From Schmidtea nova (Eukaryota), in the NCBI GenBank assembly GCA_044892505.1, contig CM097884.1:68696001-68760000 (forward strand): a stretch of 64,000 nucleotides of DNA. The letters run 5' to 3'. The position numbers and the translations under genes were made by a program. The notes under the pieces were generated by a model that was not told where the DNA came from, ran no database searches, and saw only the letters and a list, made by a program, of their open reading frames with translations. The first letter of the stretch is position 1. Each line of letters opens with the position of its first letter. Below are positions 25,515 to 38,300 of this stretch, one piece after another.

Positions 25515-26329
25515 TTAATATAAAATATCTAAAATGTTACTCGTTAAATTAATTAATTAAATTATTTTTAATTTAAAAGGAGTTTTGGAACTCCTTACAA
25601 GGATATTCGTCTTTCCCACGTCTTTCCCACATCTCATTTATGTATCATATACATACTACTGTATTTTATAGCCAATTTATTAATTACTTAATGTTCAGAT
25701 TTTCTTTTCGTTATTTTATTCTCATCTGTAATGACAAATTTCTTTGCATGCCCAGAATCTAAATGTCTTTGATTCTCCTTTATAGTCTTCATAATCTGAA
25801 TTTCTTCCTCTTTGTGTGTAATTGAATTTTCGATTATCTGGTCTTCCGTTTTGATAGGGTCATCTATTTATCGAGTTTGGCCTACTCTGAATATTTCGAT
25901 TATTATCTTTTTTATTTTTTCAAATTGGTTTTCCATGTTGGTTGCGTGTAGGGTTATATCTAGGATTAAGTTTGGCTTTTATATTCTCTTCATGGACAAA
26001 ATACAATAACAGTTCCTCGCGTATGTACCCACGATCATTTCTGATGATCGCATTGGTAATGTACCTAGCGGCCTGCGAACGCATATAGGCAGGTGAGCTG
26101 CATTGCTGCGACTGCTCCTAACTTCTAATTCGGGTTCACTAATGTCAATAAAAGACCTTAAGTTTTCTAATTAAGCCCCTCTGGTGACAAATATTTGCTA
26201 AACGATTTCTCATCTTAGTATATCACCTTAGCTTCACAAATACACTAATTTTATTTACAAATCAAAGAATCAAGATAACAAAATTATACACTAACACATT
26301 TATTTCACTGTACAACGCGACATTTACAA

Positions 26330-26520
26330 AGGTACGATCTCCTGTAGTGGTTCGAGTTCGGACAGTCCATCAGGTATTCTAACTGCTGAGTTAATTGAAA
26401 ATCAAATTTACTCTCTTTTCCTTATTAACGCTTGTCTTTGTTTAGCGCTAGGACTAGCTCATTTTTTAGTTTTTGTCGGCATGGGTTGATTATCGGTGGT
26501 CTTTGTCGAAGAAAGACGAG
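26330..26520 (-). pseudogene. Third, decayed paralogue of the family-F accessory ORF C-terminus
   Basis: PTKTKK*ASPSAKQRQALIRKR..RIPDGLSE resembles PKTKKRNRLGAKRR..VDLLSGLTE. It is followed by the same conserved downstream sequence. Confidence 0.5.
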
Positions 26521-29140
26521 TGATTTTCTACTTTTACCAGACGTCGTAAGTCAAGGGTAATAATTTTCATTTTAGTTCCTTGTCGCTGCCGATTCCAACT
26601 CCAGCTCCCGAATGGCCTTGTTTGCTTTTAGGTTAATTTAATTAATTAATTAACCATAAATAAAACATGAAACCATAAATAAGATAAAATTTAAAGAAAG
26701 TAATCGCTATAGATTACGCTCTGAGAGTATCAATCGAACAACTCGAATCATTATGCAAAAGCCGAAAGATTTGTGTAAAAAGGAAACTATGAAGTCAGCG
26801 AAATGAAGACATTGATCAGTAGACGAACATGAGTATTTCAGAGGTAAATGTGTGGTAGGAAAGTAAAGTAAGTATGATAATGTCCGCATAAAAAAGTGAA
26901 GTTCATGGCAATGCTGAACTTGAACAAACAATTGAAAAATATGGCTAATTTGTAGACCGAAGGTGAAAGAGAAAGTCGTTATACATTATTCATGGAAGAA
27001 ACTGTAACTACTCAAATCTGTTTGTCAACATTGGTGGATCAGGCTCAAGTTAAATACGCCACCAAGTGGAACACACTGAATCGAAAAGCTGTTTAACCTA
27101 ATTAAACGTGTACGACCTTGTTAAGGTGGCAGCAATGATGTTAAGATGGGAATTTAGTCAAAAATATGCCCCATGACTTAATTAATGGCGCGCAGTGAAA
27201 TCAAGGTATTTAGTACTTCGTCATAACATGGCCTACTGAGCAGAAGTTAAGTTCCTGCCGACGGTAAGCAGTACAATCGAGACAGGTTAGGATCAATAAC
27301 ACGTCCTACGGATATATTTTTCGAGTGCCTAAAATAAAGGTAGTCCATGTTATTAATGATTCAGAGAATTGGGAATTTAAAGATATAGAAAAGAGAATTA
27401 AGAATTAAGAATTAAAAGATTGTGAACAGTGAAAGGATTGATACATGCGCTAATGGAGAACTACGTAAAATTAAAAGAGATTATAATAAGAATTTAGAGT
27501 ATCGAAAATTTAGGAAATAAATCGAATTTTGATAATCCGGATTTTTTATTTTCTTTAGAAAAATTGGGAATATTTAGGAATTATATGTATGAATTTATTA
27601 TAATATTGTTATAATGCATTAATGAATAGGGAAATAGATAATTAATATGACTATATAGATTATTTATATGACTAGTATAGATAATTATTACGAGGTGAGA
27701 GTAATTTAAATTCTGACTTGAAATAGGGTGAGGGGTAGAGTAGCGAAAAGCCTTAGGTATGACGCCAGACGATCTAGTACAAATTAGTCTCGGAAATTTG
27801 GAGAAGGATAAAATAAACAAATAAAAGGTCAAATTGTAAAACTTTTGGAAGTGCATATTTAGATAAATCAATCAATCAGAGTCAGTCGAGTCAGTTTTGA
27901 AAAGGCAATTAAAGAAGAAAAGAAGCAAAAGTAGATAATTTGAAAAGGAGATTAAAGATGTAAAAAAGTAATAAATTGAGGAGAAAATTGAATACAAAAT
28001 TGGAAAATCAAAGTTAAAAGATAATATCGCAAGCCGAACAAGAAGCAATACCGAAAGTTCATTAAAAGAAAACGAAAGATATAACGCGAAGAAAAGAAGA
28101 TATTATGATATATAAAACTCAACTCAGTAGAGTTAGAAATTATTACATCGGGAAATTCAGAGACAGATTTGTTTGAAGAAAATCACGAAGAAAACTTATT
28201 CGAAGAAGAAAAAAGCGATAAAGAAATTTCAGATAAAAAAAATAAATTAGTCAAAGAAAGAGAAGATAAAATGATGGAAAATTCAAATCCAAGTATCTGA
28301 ACATCATCAATCATCACAACAACTAACGAAAACATGAGATTTTAGAAATAAATTTCGATGAGAACTGTTAATACTGTGTTTTATGATTATTGTCACGATT
28401 ATCGTTATTAAAATTTTCAAAGGAAAAACGAATCGCGATGGTCGCGGTTATTATCGCGGGCGTCCTTGTGGACACAGGATGAGACCCCCTTTCTTATTAA
28501 TTCTATCATTTTAGTCATTTGGCAAATTGCCATGAAATTAATAATTAAATAAATCTCAAGAAATTAAAAAATTAAATTCAAATAAAAAAATCAACTTGTC
28601 ATGGACAATTAAAGAAAACTATATAAAAACAAGATTGAAAATAGCTTCGAATAAATTAATTAAATAACTATTGGAATTTGAAGGAAAAAAGAACGAATCG
28701 AATTTGAAAAAAATAAATCTAAAGAAAGAAAATTTTGAAATTAAAAGTTGGAAAAGAAAATTGAAAAGAAAATCAACAACGGAAGAATAATTCAAAGATG
28801 TTAATTGAATACTCCTGAAAGCCAAGATTATAAAGCTTCAACAGAAAGTAGAAACATCCTCAAGAAATAAAATTCACTGTTGGAGAATATTCATCTCAGC
28901 AATAAAATAAACTCTTTGGTTCGTGAGTACTATATTCTATCCTTTATTTCGTTTGATTTAAAAATAAAGGTTGTAATTTTACTCGTTATTTTTTATTCAT
29001 ATCGTTATCATCTCATATACACAAGCACACACTCACAGATACAGGTACGTACATAGCATACACTCCAGCTGTCCCAAGACAGATTTTACCGGTGAACTGG
29101 CTGGGCTCAACAAATTTCCTTAAAGCAATTTACAAATTAA

Positions 29141-29712
29141 GGGATCGTCCATAAAGTACGTACGCCAAAAAATCGTAAATGCTACCCCCTCCCTCCCCAT
29201 GTTGCAGTGTGTACTTTTTCGGCCCCCCTACCCCCCCCCCCCCGGTACATACACTTAAATCAATAGGTTTAATGAGTGGCATTTATGTGTTATTTAAGTA
29301 AATTGGTGACCAACTTGAAAGGAGTATTGTAGTTTTGGTAGTACCAAAACTACAATACTCCTTTCAAGTTGGTCACCAATTTACTTAAATAACACATAAA
29401 TGACAATGCCACTATCTTATTTCGTTTTGATATGCTCAAGAGACTGTTTGTTTGTTACGATTAGTATTGACATTTTTAAAAATGATTTTTATTACATATC
29501 AATTAAATGTCTAATTGTTAAGCCTCATTGCTGTTTTTAAAAACCGAAATTTTCTTTTAACCATTATTTTTTAATCGAATCATACTATACTCTGCGGCTA
29601 TATTTACTAGTTTTGTATTTATTTACCGTGTTTTACCCCCATACATACCAATACGCTTTTGGCCTGACACCCCCCTACCCCCTAAGTGCGTACATACTTT
29701 ATGAACGGCCCC
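29141..29712. mobile_element. PIF/Harbinger-type MITE, 572 bp
   Basis: Imperfect TIR GGG(A/G)(T/C)CGT(C/T)CATAAAGTA(C/T)GTACGC. TSD TAA at 29138-29140 and 29713-29715. Confidence 0.9.
29280..29402. repeat. 123-bp palindrome (61-bp perfect arms, 1-nt spacer) inside the MITE
   Basis: 29280-29340 is the exact reverse complement of 29342-29402. Confidence 0.97.
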
Positions 29713-32562
29713 TAAATACAATACTGAAAATACAAAAAAATACCACAACACATAATCATATTACAAGAACCTTTTGATGGTAGCATAAATAAATTACAAA
29801 CGTTTCTGAAGGAATTCGAAGTATACATTACGATATCTCGTTGGATCTTGTCGAATAGAGCAATACGAGAAGGAATGTCATTATACTTGATAGAAAGCGC
29901 ACAAGCGACGAAAAAGTGGAAAGCTGAAAACGTGAACAGAGATTAAAGAATTCTTTGAGAAAATATTTCGAATAACAAAAGAAGAGAATCAGAAAAGTTT
30001 TGATGTCTTTCATCGAAAACAGCAATTTAACAAGTCAAACGCAATGTTCGTATGTGAAATCACGTGAACTCAGGAGATATGATATACGTGCGAATATCGT
30101 ATGTCAAGCACCAAAACTAGTGGAAGAAGCTTTAACAATAGTAAACCGATGTGAAATGTGTTTGAAACCGCCGTTGACAGTGACAGTTTTATCAGCAGAA
30201 AGAACACCAACAACAACAACCGTGGATAGTAATGCGAATAAGAATAATCAACAAGGAAGTGTGACAATAAACCAGTTCATGCAGAAATCACAACAAATGT
30301 TCAGGACACTACAAATGAGGAATACGAGTAGAAATGTTGAAAATCGTAATGAAAAGCAACAATTTCAGAAACAGCAATGAGTATAATAATAAAATATGCA
30401 ACATCTTTCAGAAAATGGGGCATCTAAGTAGGGGACGCTATCGAGAGAAAACTTGTCAAATTTGTAGTAGAAAGACCACATTGAGAGAATATGTTGAACG
30501 AATATCATTGAAACAATTACGAATGCGGAAAATTATTTCACGAGAAACAACGACATAAGAAGTATTTATGTAATAAATAATAACTGTTTTAATTGTAAAC
30601 AACCTGGACACATTGCGAGAAAATAACCAATAGAAAAATGCCAAATCCACTGAAAAGTAATGAAATATCAACACAAAAATAACAAATAAATGTTATATAA
30701 AAACTCTAAAGATTTAGATAAATGATAGACAGAAGGTCATCAAATAACCAACATAAAGGAATCAATACGTTACAAAATCTTGAACCTGGGAAGTCGGTAA
30801 AGAATGAAAAGCAAATGAAACAACAAGTCGAATGGCAAAGACTCCAAAGGGAAGAACCACAAGAAATTCCACAAAGATGAAAAAGTCGAGAAAATTATAC
30901 CAGGACAATTAACATGATAAGAATAAGAAATGAGAACACTGAAAGAAATCAAGCCGCTGAAAGAGAATAAAAAAGAATATCCTTGAAAAGATAAAAGAAG
31001 AAATAATCCGAAAGATGAATATTAAAGTCGTGGAAATAGAGGGAGGAGTAAATGTGGTATGTAAAACCATGAACAAAGGAGAAAAGAAAGAATTTGTACA
31101 AAAGTACGTATGTCCAAAGGAAAGATTAAGAAGACAAAACAAAGATACGGATTATATGGATGAACAGTTCGAATAAGCCGTGATGAGCAAAAAAGAAGAG
31201 TTAGGCCGAAGATTAGTATTAATCATTAAAAATGAAGTGAAAAAATGAATCAAACAGTAAAAAAGCCGAAGAAAGAAGAAAGAAAATCTTCAAGATTGTT
31301 GTGAAAAATCGAACACAACAAGGAATATTGTCATTTGCCGAATAGATTTCACTGGTAATTTGTTGGAAATCACTTCGAAACGAGGTAACATTTTCATAAC
31401 TACAGTTGAAAGAGGAATTGTTCCAAATATAAGAGGATATTCACGATTTATTACATTGTACACTTAAATGTCACCCAAAACGGTCCGCACCCTCAAAGTG
31501 ACACCAATGTCCTAAATATATAAATTTTTTGAATTCGTATCAAATTGAAATTTTTTGTGAGAAAATTTTATTCTCCATTCCCGTTCTCCTTAAAATTTAA
31601 AAACTATATATTCATTAAAATAATATAAAATAAATTTAAAACAAACATTTTATTTGAAAACATCCCTTTAGCCTAGGTTTTCATGCATCATTTGCAATCC
31701 TTGCATTGTCTTAGTATTTTGGGGTTATAAATAAATGTACAAAATTAAAAAGAAATAGAAAATATGCAAAATTAATTTTAAATTAATTAAAATTTCAAAA
31801 AGGGTAAAAATCACTATTTTTTGAGGGGGAAAGTGGCAATTGGTGGCAAAAAAAGTTGAAAATTAATGAAGTAATTTTAAATTAATTCGGAGTCCTTGGC
31901 AGGGGCTAGAGGTAAAATGAAAATTATTTAATTAATTGATCTCATTAATCATCAGGGTAATCTCATCAATCATTGTGGAAAGGAGGTAAAGTGGCAGATC
32001 TGACAAGCCGGAAAACTATTTATCAGAGCGCCACTAACAAAGAAAATTTTAAATTTTAAAATTAGTGTGAAGAGTTGGATTTCATGCTTCTGCAGAGTGA
32101 TTGATGGGATTGAGAGTGGTATATAAACCAATTCATCTCAATAAAATTACCAATTGGTCTGAGGAGAAATATTTAAAAATATTTTGAGTAAGAAATTTAA
32201 GAATTTTAGAAAATTAAGGAGAATCGTCAGTGATTAAAAATGAATATCGTCTCTATGAGATTTCATGGGTGACGTCCTTCGGATAGTTTAGCCAAAGCAA
32301 AAATCGAAGTGTATAAACGTTTTGGAAATGTGTTCTTAATAAATAAACTTTTTCTTGTTGGATTTCATTGATTTTCAAAGAACACAAGGAGTCAGAATAA
32401 AATTTAGTCCTACCGAAACTATATTAGCACAACATTATTAATCGGGATATTTTATAAGTTTGACTTGAATGAAAGCCAAATAAATACCACAGCAAACATT
32501 TATCAATTATTCAATCAGAAATATAAAAATCCTCCATGAATGTAAATGATTAATTTTCCCAA

Positions 32563-34958
32563 TTACCGGAAATAGTTATTCAAACTTTTGATCAATTTCC
32601 ACAAAAATCCTTTTTTCTTTTTAGTTTTTGTTGACAATTTATTCGGATTGAAAGATTCATGAAAAGTTTGATCTTCCAATTTCGATGTTGAATTGTATTT
32701 CTTTTCCGAATCATTTATTTCTTTCGGCGTTTCTTCGGTAATTTGCAATGAATTCTGTTTCAATGTTTCATTGTTGCAATCGCCGTCATGTTGCAGCTCA
32801 TAATAATCCATGTATTGGTAAACTTCATCGAAAAGATTTGTCCATTGTCCTTTTTTAATTAATTCCAGATCTTCGCCGCCATTTAGTTCTGAAAGTAAAT
32901 CAATATTTCCCGTGACACTAGAATTTCCCGATTTGATATTATCCATGAAACTGAGGAGGCATCGATTTTCGGAACAACTTTCTTTGTGATTGGCTGAATT
33001 CTGAACTTCGTTTTCCTCTAAGGTTTTAATCGATTCATCTGATGAATATTGTGAACTGGCGCTGGGTTCGGAAGTGCGATTTCCTTTCATAACATATTGA
33101 TCACAAACAAGTGCTTTCGTTGATTTCTTACTAGATACGCTGTTATCACTGTGATACCATGAGTCATCTGTGTTTTGATCGCTCAACTGATTTCTCTCAT
33201 CGCACTCATTGGATGAAGTTTCTGAAGCAATCGGAGATTGCATTTCATTGGTGAAAATTTCATTCTCTTTTTCTGCACTTAAAACAAAATTATGTCTTTT
33301 TGGAATTGGTGGTTTTTCCGATGAATATTCAGATTCCTAAATAAAAAACAAAAAAAATCATTAAAATATCCAATTAAAAAGTTTTCATATTCTTAATTTT
33401 TTTGTATGTTTCAATATTGCTCCCAATTCTCTCAGGCTACCAGTTAATATTGTGTTTCATATTTAGCACGAATTAAGGTAGTCTCACAAAAAGAAAAGTA
33501 TTCGATAAAAAATTGAATATATCAATAGTGAAAAATTAAGATTTTACTTACATTTATCATTTGTTTAGTTGGAGTGATATTTATATTGTAGGTTTTCTTG
33601 TGAAGCATTCTAATAAAATGGGAACAATCAATGGAATATTAATAAAAACAATATTTGATTACCGATATGCATATTCGTTCCGTTTGAACAGTTCTATTAG
33701 AAATCCATTATCATATGTTCGCAACATTGTGGATTGTTTCTTTCCGATCTTGTCCGAATATAAAATTGTGAGATTTCCCAGCATTTCATAGCAATTGATG
33801 TAACTTTTCCATGAAAACGCTTCTGGATTCGGGTGATAGACTGTTATTCCTTTCGGAGATATTCCAATGAAAATATCTTGCGATTTCAGTGACTAAAAAT
33901 AAAATTGAAAATTAGAGAAAAAATTTGAAAATTTTCCCTACTTTTGCATGATATCGTTCTTCTCCGTATCCCGGATAGTTGAGTGCTTTATCAATAAATA
34001 AAAGATCGGCTTGCAAAAATGTCAATGATCTTAAAAGAAAAATTAATTTGATAAATAAAACTGAAATAATATCCCAATAAAATAAATTCTTACTGTATTT
34101 GTTTATATTCATGAATAAATTCATTTCTTGTTTCTTTCTTATTCATTATTTCCGGGCAAATTAAATTATCCCTACCAAAATGTATCGATTTGAATTGCTC
34201 GCGATCATAACTGCCGTATTGTGAAAAGAATAAAATTGCCGATAATTTTATTGATTCATTGATAGAGCATTTTATTCTAAAATAGATTTATTATTATTAT
34301 TATTATTATTATTTATTGATTGAACTCACTTTTGATTTCGAATGTCATTCTTAAGTTGTTCGATCAAATAATAGATTGTCATGTAATCTTCCACATAGAT
34401 TAAATTGGAGGGATAATATTGAAACATGAAAATAAATACAATATTGTTTACTCCTTCTAGAAATAGGTGAAAATTATAATAATTAATCAAAAGCCTTTTT
34501 CTAGATGACACTTACTCATTGCTTTGACGATATTTTCATCGGGTTTGAGCCAACGCTAAAAATAATGTTTTAAATATTACTTATAAATTATTGATAAAAA
34601 TTCTAACTTTATTTCCATGTAATTTAGACAGGTATTGCAAGCCAAAAAAGTTTTTCTCTACGATGTTTAAATCTTGACAGATTTTTGATACCAAATTCGA
34701 TCCGGTGTAATTTCTCTGGATAATAAATAATTAATAATATATAAAACAATAATAAAAATAACATACATCGAATTCGTATCGGGTTACAATTTCGTTGAAT
34801 ATTCTTACTTCACATTCGTATTTTTTGGATTTTTTGGTGTTTGCTGTTTGATTAAAATTGTCATTGATTATTCGACGATTTTCATTGGCCAGCGATTTAT
34901 ACATATTAAATCTTGAATTATCGACTAAACTGTAGTAGTAGGTATTTGAATATTCCAT
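32563..34958 (-). CDS. FERM (band 4.1) domain gene, copy A (inverted)
   Basis: Reverse complement of copies B and C with the same exons and splice sites. Homology spans ~31958-35191. Confidence 0.9.
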
Positions 34959-35310
34959 TTGTATTATATTTGTAAAAATGAATTTTTAAATATTTTCTCA
35001 TCTTTTCTAGATAAGTATTACTCAATAAGATGAATAAATTTGAAATAAAAATATTTGTATTTCCTCATTTTAAAAAACAGAAAATATTTCCGCAAAAAAT
35101 AAACATTTATATATATATATATATATAAACGAGCCTAGACTTTCAAATTTTTTAATATGCTTCTATTTACTAAGTTATGTCATTCACAAACTCGTTAGTG
35201 AGTACTTGATTTGTTTGGAAACTGATTGGGAGCTATTATTCTGCTGGTTCGAACCCGAAATATTCCTGACATTACTGCCTACAGAAATTGGATCCAGTAT
35301 GTGCCAACTT

Positions 35311-38300
35311 ATTTTCTAGCGGGATAGTTGTTATTCTCGGAATTAAAACTTTTATTATAAAAATTATGTCGAAAATATTATAAATGAAATAAATATATTA
35401 ATTTATTTTAAAAAATTGATTGTTAAAATTTGAAAATGTCTAACACTAAGAGTTTGATTATTTTTACTTTTATTTGTTCTTTCGTTTAATTATTCAAAGT
35501 CATTCTTAAAAAGATTCTAGGGCTGTAACCTATTTTAAAAGTAGTCTTGGATTATTGTGCTCCCAAGTTGTTGGTATGTAAAATATACCATTTCACTGGT
35601 ATCAATATCGAGGAGTTGTTTGAAATGCACTACGATATGGTGCTTTGGGCTGGAGTCAAATGAGTCGAAAACTGCATTCTAGCACCAATGGATGTTCTTG
35701 CTGTCATGATTTTAAACGACAGCAATCGGTTCATCTTTGGTAGCTGAAATGAGAAAGTCACACTATTCTGATATTTACAATACCAAATACATTAATTTGC
35801 GGAAGAATATCAAGATGATGCCGAAGAAGATTTGATTTAAATCAAAATTTACTTTAAAATTTCGTGGTTTTTATTGATGTTTCTTTTTGTTAATATTTTT
35901 GTGAATTTTCATTGACGCTTGGTAATTTTGAGAGTCATTCGTGTTTATTTATTGTCTTGTTGTTTGTCAATCCTTTTTATGATTTTTTTGTGTATTGATC
36001 TTTTTTATAGAATTTTTATAAGTTGGAATTTGTTTTTGCAGATCAGTTATTTATGTGATTTGTAAAATTTCTATTGTTTTGCAAAAACTTTAGAAAAATT
36101 AATAAATTTCAAAGATTTTTAAAAAGGTTTTAAAATTGAAATAAATATATATAATTTTTATTTTATGTCACTGGTTATGCAATGAAAATATTATATAATT
36201 GAGTACTTAATTATAAAATATTATATAATTCTGAAATATTGCGTTAATTTTGTAACCTCCTAGAAATATAGGGAGACTAATTGTAATTGATAGAGTTTAT
36301 GGATAAATGACTTGTACCAGAGTGTTCACTTCTCCCTACTGATCAAATCAATAATAAATTCTAGTGTTCTTTTTTTCAGTGTAGTCATCATGCTAAAACA
36401 TGAGGAAATTTAGCAGGTGGCGTTTTTTTGCGGAATGATAAAATTGCCAAAATTTTAACAGTATACGTTGATCCAATATTCAAAAACCAAAATTAGAACA
36501 TATTGTTATGGTTTGCATGAACAGGCACGAAATAAAATAAAACTTACAAAAATATACGCAAAAAATATAAAAGCCTGTAAATTTAAAAAATAATATTAAA
36601 ATACAAAAATTAATTAGAAATTTGAAAATTTTGAAAGTAAAGATTTAGCGGGGAAACTAGTATAGGAGGATGAGACGAATTAAAATACGGTAAGATGAAA
36701 TTAAAAAGGGCCCCGAAAAAATAGGAAAAAACAAATTAATTAAAGGAATTAATTATTCAATGGAAAACCCGAGTGATGTGAGGAACCCTAGCCATCAGCA
36801 AATATATCTAATTATCAAGAAAATCAGATGAGTAGAGGGAGTTCGGGCGAACAATCACAAACCCAATTACTCCAAACTAATTGGAAATCCCGCAGTAAAA
36901 AAGGAAGTCACTATAAAAACCCAGACAAATGGCTCAAATCGCCAATTGGTCGAAGCATGAAAATTTAATTCCAAAATTAGCTATAGTTTTCAAAGAGAAG
37001 TTTTAAAGTTAAAAAAGGTTAGAATTTGTGTCGAATCAATTTTTGCGTACCAGAAAAGAATCTCCAACATGAAGACCTACCCCTAACGCAAGAACAGTGT
37101 AGAAAATTCTGTTTTTGTAATTTTGAAGCCAAATTTGAAAATAAAAATTTTTGTGTTGGGTTTTGGTTAATTCGTTTATACAGAAAGGACACAGGGAGTC
37201 AGACAGTAATCGACTATTAAATAATAACCCAACAATATTTACTAATGTAAAGTTTTTGTTTCAAAAATTAAATTTTATTTATGTTAACTTTATTTCTTAG
37301 ACTTTTTATAGCCAAAATAGTGAGAAACTTATCCCAGGATGAATAATGTAAAAATTAATTCAGTTTGTGAATAATATAACTTGGTAAATAGAAGCATATT
37401 AAAAATTATGAAAGCCTAAATGTTTATTTTTTGCGGAAATATTTTCTGTTTTTTAAAATGAGGAAATACAAATATTTTTATTTCAAATTTATTCATCTTA
37501 TTGAGTAATAATTATCTAGAAATGATGAGAAAATATTTAAAAATTCATTTTTACAAATATAATACAAATGGAATATTCAAATACCTACTACTACAGTTTA
37601 GTCGATAATTCAAGATTTAATATGTATAAATCGCTGGCCAATGAAAATCGTCGAATAATCAATGACAATTTTAATCAAACAGCAAACACCAAAAAATCCA
37701 AAAAATACGAATGTGAAGTAAGAATATTCAACGAAATTGTAACCCGATACGAATTCGATGTATGTTATTTTTATTATTGTTTTATATATTATTAATTATT
37801 TATTATCCAGAGAAATTACACCGGATCGAATTTGGTATCAAAAATCTGTCAAGATTTAAACATCGTAGAGAAAAACTTTTTTGGCTTGCAATACCTGTCT
37901 AAATTACATGGAAATAAAGTTAGAATTTTTATCAATAATTTATAAGTAATATTTAAAACATTATTTTTAGCGTTGGCTCAAACCCGATGAAAATATCGTC
38001 AAAGCAATGAGTAAGTGTCATCTAGAAAAAGGCTTTTGATTAATTATTATAATTTTCACCTATTTCTAGAAGGAGTAAACAATATTGTATTTATTTTCAT
38101 GTTTCAATATTATCCCTCCAATTTAATCTATGTGGAAGATTACATGACAATCTATTATTTGATCGAACAACTTAAGAATGACATTCGAAATCAAAAGTGA
38201 GTTCAATCAATAAATAATAATAATAATAATAATAATAAATCTATTTTAGAATAAAATGCTCTATCAATGAATCAATAAAATTATCGGCAATTTTATTCTT

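Larger units (their letters stand above)
20589..25599 (-). mobile_element. Ty3/Gypsy element G1: degenerate pro-RT-RH-INT with matching LTR starts
   Basis: LLDTGARVN (protease), PFGIATAPGTFQ/VYLD (RT), LDTDASF (RNase H), HLLLCHAG and WILKFGAPKELHVDCGKNF (integrase). PPT AAAGAAGGGGGA at 20681-20692. A ~92-bp direct repeat ending CCTTACA at 20680 and 25599 abuts a (TA)n tract in each case. No recognisable gag. Confidence 0.9.
26020..30630 (+). mobile_element. Decayed LTR family copy F3 with interrupted gag
   Basis: 26020-26300 is homologous to the F1/F2 flank. 27040-28345 is homologous (inverted) to 57500-58740. Gag motifs: EPFDGSINKLQTFLKEFE (29760), APKLVEEAL, and zinc knuckle CFNCKQPGHIARK (~30585-30625). 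Insertions occupy ~28350-29750. Confidence 0.7.

Noticed and set aside
26041-26085. CTGATGA hammerhead-like core (also at ~60854)
   Set aside because: No stem II closing onto GAAA and no stem I/III with an NUH site.
35205-35260. GGTTCGAACCC B-box, possible tRNA or tRNA-SINE
   Set aside because: No convincing A-box or cloverleaf.
35500-35850. Coding-looking stretch in the spacer between FERM copies (also 52200-52550)
   Set aside because: Stops in every frame and no recognisable motif.
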